Assembly: GCF_000019805.1 (NCBI RefSeq)
Contig: NC_010525.1
Location: 1,258,618 to 1,290,617, forward strand
Reading direction: 5' to 3'
DNA: 32,000 bases
DNA from: Pyrobaculum neutrophilum V24Sta
GTDB taxonomy: Archaea > Thermoproteota > Thermoprotei > Thermoproteales > Thermoproteaceae
Shown here: positions 24,758 to 32,000 of the stretch, one piece after another
Position numbering within the stretch: the first letter of the stretch is position 1
How the letters are laid out: each line of letters begins with the position of its first letter
The notes under the pieces: generated by a model
Database searches by the model: none
Seen by the model: the letters and a program-made list of their open reading frames with translations, nothing else
What the model was told of the DNA's origin: nothing
Translations under genes and position numbers: made by a program

Positions 24758-25477
24758 CTACCTTGCCCTCTGCCAGAGGTGGTTGAAGTATGTACGGGCT
24801 ATCTCCGCAATAAATCTCTCGTTTGAGTAAATGCCGGAGATGTCTCCGCCGTATTTTACAAATATAACAACGGCGCCTCCGATGGCGCCTCCGCCGAACA
24901 TCTCCTGGGTTGTCCTAACCTCCACCCGCGGGGGGAGGTCAAACCTCTGCCTAAGCGCCTCAGTGGTCAACACCTTTATGGATATGCGCCTGGACTCCTC
25001 AGTCAGCGTGGCCAACAGCCTATATGTGGCGACCTCTGGAAAGGGTATCGCGAGATAGGCCTCAGCCTCGGCGGCGGTGACCACCTCCTGTATGAGATCC
25101 ACTACTCGATCTTGGCCTCGAATAAGCGTGAGAAACGTCGGCGCCACCTCTCTGTAGCGGCTTTCGTACAGCATCTGCAAGGTGTCGAACGTGGGCTTAA
25201 GCGTCTTCAACACGTCGGAGGCCGTGTTAACCAACCTCCTGTAGACCTCCGAGGGCGGGACAGCCTTAAACTTAGCTGGCCTAGACCCCCTCTCCTGGTT
25301 GACCGCCCCCGCCTTCTCAAGCCTGTTGAGGTGTTGGTAGACTTTTGTATATGGGATCCCCAGGGCGTCTGAGATCTCCCTTGCCGTCAGAGCCCCCCGC
25401 TCCACCAGCGTTATGTATATCTGCACCTCCCTCTTCCCCACCCCCAACAAGGCCATAACCCTCTCCAGCCCCTCCAC
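24758..25477 (-). CDS. TrmB-family transcriptional regulator
   Basis: The N-terminal winged helix is LGVGKREVQIYITLVERGALTAREISDALGIPYTKVYQHLNRLEKAGAV, followed by a TrmB-type C-terminal domain. Confidence 0.8.
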   Translation of the reverse strand: MEGLERVMALLGVGKREVQIYITLVERGALTAREISDALGIPYTKVYQHLNRLEKAGAVNQERGSRPAKFKAVPPSEVYRRLVNTASDVLKTLKPTFDTLQMLYESRYREVAPTFLTLIRGQDRVVDLIQEVVTAAEAEAYLAIPFPEVATYRLLATLTEESRRISIKVLTTEALRQRFDLPPRVEVRTTQEMFGGGAIGGAVVIFVKYGGDISGIYSNERFIAEIARTYFNHLWQRAR

Positions 25478-25559
25478 GGCGTCTTCTCCCTATTTCCTTT
25501 TTAACCTTCTTCCGGTAACTCAGTTAAAAAGTATATATCTTGGTGAACTAGCGCCGTCA

Positions 25560-27281
25560 ATGACAACTCAGGTGTTGGTCGAGAGCCCGAGGAGGCTCGT
25601 GGATCTGTCGAAATACAGCCTCCCCGAGAGGTACAGATCCACGCTCACGAACGAAAAGTGGCAACAGACGCTGAAGAGGCAGTTCGGACTACCTGAGCAC
25701 GCCAGGGTTGTCAAAGCCACGCTCTCTCTATGTCCCGTGTGTAACCGCAGGATACCGGCGGCGGTGTATGAGGAAAACGGCGCCATCTGGATGAAGAAGA
25801 GGTGCCCAGAACACGGCGTTTTCGAAGACCTCTACTGGGGCGACGCGGAGATGTACTACTACTTCCTTCAGTGGGATAGGCCCGAATATATTGCGAAGGG
25901 CCTCGCCAACCCCTACACCGACCTTGAGTTCTACAAGGACATGGGCTCCTGTCCAGAGGGTTGCGGGCTCTGTCCAGTCCACAAGTCCAACACGGTCTTG
26001 GCTATAGTAGACGTCACAAACAGATGCAACATGGCGTGTCCCGTCTGCTTCGCCAACGCCGGCGCCGCGGGCTACGTCTATGAGCCCACCATAGAACAGA
26101 TAGAGTACATGCTGAGGACTCTGAGGGCCCAGAAGCCCTGGGCTCCAAACGCCGTACAGCTCTCCGGAGGCGAGCCGACCCTTAGAGACGATCTGCCAGA
26201 GATCATAAGAATGGCGAAGAAGCTAGGCTTTACGCACATAGAGGTGAACACCAACGGCATTAGGCTAGCCAACGACATAGAGTACTACAAGGCGCTACTT
26301 GACGCTGGGCTCTCTACCTTGTATCTCCAGTTTGATACAATTGACGAGAAGAACGAAGGCGTGTGGAGACACAGGATGTATCACCCCAAGGCCTACAAAA
26401 TCATCAAGGAGCGTGTTATCGAGAATGCGAGGAAGCTGGGCCACCGCTCTATTGTGCTAGTTGTAACCCTGGCGAGAAACTATAACGACAAGGACCTTGG
26501 GAAAATCGTAGACTTCGCTATACAGAACAGAGACGTCGTTAGATGGATTAATATCCAGCCTGTTAGCTTTGCCGGGCGCGCCAAGCTTTACAGCAAGGAG
26601 GAGCTTAGGAAGTTCCGCATCACTATACCGGATACCATCATAGAGATAGAGAAGCAGACGGGCGGGGCGATAAGCAGGTGGGACTGGAGGCCCACCAACT
26701 GGCCAGTCGCCGTGGCCAAGATGGTGGAGGCGCTGACAGACTCTCCAAAGCCGCTGTTCTCCATGAACCCCATGTGCGGCGCCGCCACCTTCATATACTA
26801 CGACGAAGACGAGAAGCGCATATACCCAATCACCAAGCTAGTAGACGTAGACGCCTTCGAGAAAGGGGCGTGGGATGTCTACTACACGGCGGCGAAGGGC
26901 GGCGTGTACAAACACGCGGCCAAGGTTAAAGCTCTGAAGCTTCTGAAGGCCGTGAAGCACAAAAGGGTGAGGGATTTGATATACGACTTCCTGGTCAAGA
27001 AGGACTACGACTCGCTAGGCCGCTTCTTCTTCAACGTGGTGGGGATAGGCATCATGCACTTCATGGACACCATGAACTACGACATAGAGCGCGTCCAGCG
27101 TTGCGATATTCACTACGCGACGCCCGACGGCCGCGTCTTCCCGTTCTGTACCTACAACGTAGTAGGCCACCGCGAGAAGGTAGAAAGCTCGTTCAAGATA
27201 GACGCGAAGACCTGGACGAAGGTCACGGGGCTATCCCTAACCGGCTGGAATAGGCAACGCTTTGCGGAACTAAAGGCGTAA
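25560..27281 (+). CDS. Radical SAM protein, tetraether lipid synthase (Tes / GDGT-MAS)-like
   Basis: N-terminal zinc-ribbon-like CPVC...CPEHG, an extra Cys cluster CPEGCGLCP, the radical SAM motif CNMACPVC, and SGGEPTL. I chose ATG 25560, which follows TTAAAAAGTATATATC. The ORF-track start at 25413 overlaps the TrmB-family gene. Confidence 0.6.
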   Translation: MTTQVLVESPRRLVDLSKYSLPERYRSTLTNEKWQQTLKRQFGLPEHARVVKATLSLCPVCNRRIPAAVYEENGAIWMKKRCPEHGVFEDLYWGDAEMYYYFLQWDRPEYIAKGLANPYTDLEFYKDMGSCPEGCGLCPVHKSNTVLAIVDVTNRCNMACPVCFANAGAAGYVYEPTIEQIEYMLRTLRAQKPWAPNAVQLSGGEPTLRDDLPEIIRMAKKLGFTHIEVNTNGIRLANDIEYYKALLDAGLSTLYLQFDTIDEKNEGVWRHRMYHPKAYKIIKERVIENARKLGHRSIVLVVTLARNYNDKDLGKIVDFAIQNRDVVRWINIQPVSFAGRAKLYSKEELRKFRITIPDTIIEIEKQTGGAISRWDWRPTNWPVAVAKMVEALTDSPKPLFSMNPMCGAATFIYYDEDEKRIYPITKLVDVDAFEKGAWDVYYTAAKGGVYKHAAKVKALKLLKAVKHKRVRDLIYDFLVKKDYDSLGRFFFNVVGIGIMHFMDTMNYDIERVQRCDIHYATPDGRVFPFCTYNVVGHREKVESSFKIDAKTWTKVTGLSLTGWNRQRFAELKA

Positions 27282-27287
27282 TTTTTC

Positions 27288-29123
27288 CTACCTCTTCTCC
27301 CTCCGCCTTAGGGCCAGAAACATAACTGTGGCTACTACCGCAGTCGTAGCCAGTGCGAGGACGGGGGGGCGAGGCTCAGCCTTTGGTTTATTCGTCTGGT
27401 GGCCCGCGGGGGGTAGGGCGAAGGTTATGTTTTTCACGACTATGGGGAGTTGGATGTAGTACTGTAGCTCGACTCTGGAGACGTTGACAGCGCCGTAGTA
27501 CCTCTTCAACGCCGCTATCTGTAGATCTAAGTCCCTTTTCTCCCTCTCCACAGCCTCCGTGAGGTTGTAGACTGTGGATTCCACATAGCCGAGCTTGGGC
27601 AGAGCCCTCAGCTGTTCCTCTCTGTAGCGCTCGAGAGCGCCGGCGGATTCCACGAGTCGCCTCCCGAGATCCCGCAGGAGGCGGGAGGCGTTGTGGAGCG
27701 GGGCGACGAATCTGTAGACCTCCCCCGCCGTCTTGTAGAGGTTGTCCGCCACAGCGAGGAGGTTCTTCGAGGCGTTGAGGAGGATCTGCGGCATGTCCTT
27801 CCTGAGGACTGTGGCGTTGGCGCGGGTGGAAGACGCCGTGTTGTTAAGTAGCGGGGCCAACTCCCCCAAGCTCCTTCTAGTGGCGTCGAGCGTGGCGATT
27901 GTAGAATCGATGGTGGAGATAAGCGCGTCGACTGTTGAGATATAGGAGTCCACGGCGGCTCGGGCGGCGGCTAGTTGCGCCTCGGTCGCGTCAAGCAGAG
28001 ATAACGTGAAGTTTACCGCTTGTTTAGCCTCCCTCGTGGTGGCGTTGAGCGCGCTTAACCTCCTCTTGGCCTCCTCCACGTTTTTGATCGCGGTATCTAG
28101 CTGTTGTCGTGCGGCGATTAGGTTAGCTCTAACCGTATACAGTTGGCTACGGGTGTTGATAAGGCTTTTCTCCGCCTCGCCGGCGGCGGCGTTGTACGAG
28201 GTCAACGCGGCAGACTGCACCTCGAGGAGGTTCGCCGCGGTGATCAAAGCCGTGTATTGATAATCGACGAGGAGGAGGCTTTGGTTAAGCGTCGTGGCGA
28301 CTCCGCGCGCGGCGTCGCCCAAGGCAAGCATCTGCCGCCTCAGCGCCTCCACAGCGTAGGTGGAGGCGTTGACGGCCACAGCACCTTGCTCCATCGCGGC
28401 GCCTGTCGCGTTTAGGATCTGGATCAGGCGCGTGAGGTTCTGGATCTGTCCGTAGGCCACGTCGGTAAACGTGGAGACAGCCCTTGTGAAGTTCCGAAGC
28501 CGCGCTAGAGCCCCCTCAAGGCCCTGTCTACGCGCCTCTAGGGACTCGACGGTCTTGTTTATGTCCAACACGGCGACTGCGGACACAGTGGGCATTCTAA
28601 CTGCGCCGAAGCTGCCGAACTGCCTTACCCTCAGCCTTATCCGGAACTCGGTGTAGTTCTGCACGAGGAGGCTCCAGTAGTAGACCGTGGTCCCAGATAT
28701 CTGGGATATAGAGGAGGGGGCCTCGCCGTAGAGGAGAGCCACCTTGTCGTCCACGGGGATAGAAACCACCACGGGCACCGCCGCCGGCACGAGGCTGTAC
28801 ATCCTCAGCGTAAGATCTACGGCGGTTCCCCTACCCCCCGACAGCGTCCCCTCCGAAAGCGTTCCGTTGACGTAGCGCACGTCAACGTCGATCCTCAGGA
28901 AGGGCGGGTAGATGTTCTCCACCGGCCTCTCCACGACCACCGCCGAGTAGGGGGGCACCACTACCCCGGAGTAGTTGAGGGGGGCGGAGCCGTTGTTTAT
29001 AACCACCTCCCTGACTGCGGCCTCCGCCGAAATCGCTCCCCCCGGCTTCACTGTGTATGTCACCACGAGGGTAGAGGCCGCCAGCAGATACGCCAAGACA
29101 AGCGCGTAGACAAGCGCCTTCAT
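27288..29123 (-). CDS. Membrane-anchored extracellular protein: N-terminal beta-rich domain, about 370 aa of coiled coil, C-terminal TM anchor
   Basis: Signal/TM N-terminus (MKALVYALVLAYLLAAS), long helical repeats, about 19 N-x-S/T sequons by my count, and a C-terminal TM with an RRREKR tail. ATGA overlap with the upstream ATPase gene. Confidence 0.75.
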   Translation of the reverse strand: MKALVYALVLAYLLAASTLVVTYTVKPGGAISAEAAVREVVINNGSAPLNYSGVVVPPYSAVVVERPVENIYPPFLRIDVDVRYVNGTLSEGTLSGGRGTAVDLTLRMYSLVPAAVPVVVSIPVDDKVALLYGEAPSSISQISGTTVYYWSLLVQNYTEFRIRLRVRQFGSFGAVRMPTVSAVAVLDINKTVESLEARRQGLEGALARLRNFTRAVSTFTDVAYGQIQNLTRLIQILNATGAAMEQGAVAVNASTYAVEALRRQMLALGDAARGVATTLNQSLLLVDYQYTALITAANLLEVQSAALTSYNAAAGEAEKSLINTRSQLYTVRANLIAARQQLDTAIKNVEEAKRRLSALNATTREAKQAVNFTLSLLDATEAQLAAARAAVDSYISTVDALISTIDSTIATLDATRRSLGELAPLLNNTASSTRANATVLRKDMPQILLNASKNLLAVADNLYKTAGEVYRFVAPLHNASRLLRDLGRRLVESAGALERYREEQLRALPKLGYVESTVYNLTEAVEREKRDLDLQIAALKRYYGAVNVSRVELQYYIQLPIVVKNITFALPPAGHQTNKPKAEPRPPVLALATTAVVATVMFLALRRREKR

Positions 29124-29884
29124 ATCCCAACCAGCTCGTCGATGTGTTTCAACTTCTCATACACCGCGGCAGCCCGCTCGACGTCTACCTTGAGCTCCCT
29201 CCTAGGTGGCTCCGCTGTTTCGTAGAGCCTGCCGCCCCTCATATACACCAGCCTGGTGGCTATGCGGGCCACCTCGGGGTCGTGCGTGGCGATAAACACA
29301 GTGGATTTAAACAGCCTGTTGACCACGTGAATAAGGCCGAGGACCTGCGAGGCGTTGTCGGGATCCACGTTGGAGGTCGGCTCGTCTAGGATGAGGATAG
29401 GCGGGTTGGCCGCCAAGGCTCTCGCCACGGCGGCCCTCTGCTGCATACCGCCGGACATCTGGTGGGGGTAGAGCGCGGCCGCCTTTTCAAGACCCACCAG
29501 CTCCAGAAGTAGCCTCGCCTTGAGCATGGCGAGCTCCTTCTTGACCCCCAGCGTGACCAGGGGGAGAGCCACGTTCTGCTCCGCCGTGAGGTAGGGCACT
29601 AGGTTGTAGCTCTGGAAGAGGTAGCCTATGTTGCGCAGGCGGAACCTCTCCAGCTTCCCCTCCGACATCTTAACCACGTCAACCCCCAGCACGTACACCT
29701 CCCCGCTGGTGGGCCTATCCAGCGTGGCGATTATGTTCAACAGCGTCGTTTTGCCGGACCCCGAAGGCCCCATTAGGACAACCGCCTCGCCTTGTGCAAC
29801 ACTAAGCGAAACGCCGTCTAACGCCACCGTTTTAACGCCGCCGCTGCCGTATACCTTAGTTACGTGTTTCAGCTCTACCGCCAT
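29120..29884 (-). CDS. ABC transporter ATP-binding protein (MacB/LolD type)
   Basis: Walker A GPSGSGKTT, Q-loop, signature MSGGMQQR, Walker B ILILDEPTS. Confidence 0.9.
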   Translation of the reverse strand: MAVELKHVTKVYGSGGVKTVALDGVSLSVAQGEAVVLMGPSGSGKTTLLNIIATLDRPTSGEVYVLGVDVVKMSEGKLERFRLRNIGYLFQSYNLVPYLTAEQNVALPLVTLGVKKELAMLKARLLLELVGLEKAAALYPHQMSGGMQQRAAVARALAANPPILILDEPTSNVDPDNASQVLGLIHVVNRLFKSTVFIATHDPEVARIATRLVYMRGGRLYETAEPPRRELKVDVERAAAVYEKLKHIDELVGI

Positions 29885-31020
29885 AGTTGCATTATCTCAA
29901 GCGGCCTTAGCTTGGCCACCTTGTAGAGGGGCGCGACGGCGCCGGCCATAGCCACGGCTAGGGAGGTGGCCATCCCCAGAAGCGCGTACTGCGGCCTGAA
30001 GGCTATAGGCACGTGGAAGTTAACCCCCATGCCAACCAGCGCCTCCTTAACCGCGTTTGCCCCAAAGTAGCCCACCAGAACTCCCACGGCTCCTGCCACG
30101 GCGGCTATTATGAAAACCTCTACGAGGAGGGAGAGAGCGAGGTCGCGGGAGGGGACCCCCATGGCCTTGATGAGGCCGAACTCCCTTAGACGCTCCCTGA
30201 CGGTTATAGACATAACTGCGAAGGTGGTTATGGCGGCGGTCGCCAGCGCTGCGCCGCTTATTGCGGAGAAGACGAAGTTCAAGGCGTTGAAGACCTGGGT
30301 GACGGTCTGGAGCAGGTTTTCCTGTGTATAGACCTGGGCGTCTCCGTACGTCTCCTTAAGCGCTTGGTAGAGGGGGGCCACGTAGGATTTATCCCTCGCG
30401 GTGATCAACACCGCGTTGACGAAAGGCCCAGTGCCCAGCTTGCTCTGTAGCCAGTCCAGGGGCACCACCACGAGGTTTAGCCTAAAAGCCCCTATGAACC
30501 CCCTTAGGAAGCTCCTCATCACCCCCACGGCCTTCACCTTGATGGTCTTCTCGCCGCCGGATGCGCTGTATATCTTTATCTCCATCTCGTCGCCGGGCCT
30601 AACGCCAAGGGACTCCTCGACGACGGCCTCCCCGCCCGACGCAGGTAGCCGCCCCGCGGCTAGGTCGACGGCGAAGTAGTCCACGTCCCTAAGAGGTATC
30701 CCCACTATGGAGACCACCTTCCCCCGGTAGACGCCCGTCGTTATGATTATGCCCTCGGCCGTCTGAACGAGGGGGTACCCCCTTAGGTAGTCCACGAGGC
30801 GCATGGGGATGTTTATAGACTCCGAATACAGCATTATGTCGGCTGGGTACAGCCTCAGGAGGGTCTGTTGCACGTAGTCCCTTGTGGCGTCGCTCACGGC
30901 GGTGAGGGCGACTAGGAGGGCGACCCCAACCCCTATGGCCAAGGCAGTGAGTATGTAGCGGACGGCCCGCGCTTTGAAGTCGCCCACGGCGATCATCAAG
31001 ATGTGTTCCACAGCTGACAC
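29875..31020 (-). CDS. FtsX/MacB-type ABC transporter permease
   Basis: One N-terminal TM, a roughly 220-aa extracytoplasmic domain and three C-terminal TM helices, which is the MacB/FtsX architecture. It overlaps the ATPase gene by 10 nt. The GTG start is uncertain. Confidence 0.8.
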   Translation of the reverse strand: MSAVEHILMIAVGDFKARAVRYILTALAIGVGVALLVALTAVSDATRDYVQQTLLRLYPADIMLYSESINIPMRLVDYLRGYPLVQTAEGIIITTGVYRGKVVSIVGIPLRDVDYFAVDLAAGRLPASGGEAVVEESLGVRPGDEMEIKIYSASGGEKTIKVKAVGVMRSFLRGFIGAFRLNLVVVPLDWLQSKLGTGPFVNAVLITARDKSYVAPLYQALKETYGDAQVYTQENLLQTVTQVFNALNFVFSAISGAALATAAITTFAVMSITVRERLREFGLIKAMGVPSRDLALSLLVEVFIIAAVAGAVGVLVGYFGANAVKEALVGMGVNFHVPIAFRPQYALLGMATSLAVAMAGAVAPLYKVAKLRPLEIMQLWR

Positions 31021-31064
31021 CCGCCACTGATATATAATTTTAAATAGGCAAAGCGGTTGTCCAC

Positions 31065-32000
31065 GTGCGCAAGACCGTCGTTGCCGCGCTTGTCCTCTTG
31101 GCCATGTACATCTACCTAGCCGTCCAGGCGCCGCACGTCTTCGACGTGTTGATCTACGACGAGTCCAAGCTCATGCCTCCCGACATCGAGCCGAAGCTCG
31201 TAGAGTCGATTGTCGGAAGCGGAGGCGGGAGCAAGGCTGTGCCCATCGTCATCTCGGGCCCCCACCTGGAGGAGAAGGCGAGGAATCTAACGCGGATTTA
31301 TCCCAACGCCGTAACGCCGTGGACGATCCTCGACGCCGCCACGAGGATCTACAGGGATAAAATAGACGCTGCCGTGGACAACGCCACCGCCCGCTTCAGA
31401 GAGGCCGCCTTCCACATATCCAACTCCACTAGGGAGATGTGCGACAAGTTGGAAATCCTTGCGAGAGTCTATGCGGAGTCCAGAGAGGCGGCAAAGCGCC
31501 TTATCCTCGCCACATACGGCGTTGCGGCCTCTGGGAACGCCTTCGACAACAGGACGAAGAGGTTCTTAGAGGCGTATGCGAGATACGTTGCGATCTACGA
31601 CGTAGACACCGCCGTCAGGAAGGCGGCTGACGAAGCATATGGCAACGTCTCGACGTATCTAGCCAACGTGACCTGGAGAACATGGGCAAGCGAGGGCGCA
31701 GTGGAAAACGTCACATATGCCATACTCAGGGGCAGGCTGAATTCCACAGCCCTGGAGATCGCCCGGGCCGTGGCAACGGTGGGGGTGAGGCAATACGTGT
31801 ACCTCTCAGCCCTGGATAAAACCCCTCCGATTCTCAGGCCATATCTGCCTCAGCTGGTGTGTGGGGGAGACGTGGAGAGAGCCGTGTCGATGTTTAGAGA
31901 GGAGCTTATGCGGAATCTCACTGCGCGTTTCCCGCCGCCTACCATATATACGGTGGAAGCAGCGGCGAAGTTGGTCTACCAGGGCAGATACGCCCTGGCG
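31065..32000 (+). CDS. N-terminally membrane-anchored, sequon-rich helical protein (3' end outside the window); not in the ORF track
   Basis: The frame is open from GTG 31065 to the window edge (312 codons). N-terminal TM is VRKTVVAALVLLAMYIYLAV, with about 9 N-x-S/T sequons. A TATATAAT box lies upstream. Confidence 0.6.
   Translation, partial: MRKTVVAALVLLAMYIYLAVQAPHVFDVLIYDESKLMPPDIEPKLVESIVGSGGGSKAVPIVISGPHLEEKARNLTRIYPNAVTPWTILDAATRIYRDKIDAAVDNATARFREAAFHISNSTREMCDKLEILARVYAESREAAKRLILATYGVAASGNAFDNRTKRFLEAYARYVAIYDVDTAVRKAADEAYGNVSTYLANVTWRTWASEGAVENVTYAILRGRLNSTALEIARAVATVGVRQYVYLSALDKTPPILRPYLPQLVCGGDVERAVSMFREELMRNLTARFPPPTIYTVEAAAKLVYQGRYALA

Noticed and set aside
25413-25559. N-terminal extension of the 622-aa radical SAM ORF (and, likewise, 10116-10250 of the 283-aa DUF72 ORF)
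   Set aside because: The extensions overlap the divergent gene and its promoter, have a non-protein-like composition, and precede an ATG that is correctly spaced from a TATA box.
31439-31630. 63-aa plus-strand ORF from the track
   Set aside because: It is out of frame within the longer open frame 31065-32000, which has a TM helix, a TATA-spaced start and protein-like composition.

Overview
GC-rich crenarchaeal chromosome segment, most consistent with a Pyrobaculum-like member of the Thermoproteales (inference). The grounds are a crenactin gene, intron-rich tRNAs, an archaeal tRNA-splicing endonuclease, and genes whose start codon sits about 25 nt downstream of a TATA box with no Shine-Dalgarno (leaderless style).

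Gene content, left to right:
- a small VirB2-like membrane protein and tRNA-Ala
- an ABC importer locus with a surface protein, a family-5 binding protein and two permeases, but no ATPase
- ribosomal proteins S13 and S4, then an isoaspartyl peptidase/asparaginase
- small hypothetical proteins and a DUF72 protein
- tRNA-Lys, a HAD hydrolase, tRNA-Pro and tRNA-Val
- an rpoP gene missing from the ORF track, NMN adenylyltransferase, and a candidate C/D box sRNA
- agmatinase, a CDF transporter and GlyRS
- EndA, Hsp20 and a nitroreductase
- a five-gene actin-cytoskeleton cluster: crenactin plus genes in the arcadin-1 to -4 positions, the last Rad50/SMC-like with a zinc hook
- a TrmB-family regulator divergent from a radical SAM protein resembling tetraether lipid synthase
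- a translationally coupled MacB-type ABC operon carrying a 611-aa sequon-rich coiled-coil surface protein
- a partial membrane-anchored glycoprotein running off the right edge

The crenactin/arcadin cluster is the most system-like content. The MacB plus coiled-coil operon, the orphan pilin-like gene and the five BHB-supported tRNA introns are the other items worth follow-up. I saw no CRISPR array, IS element or integrase.
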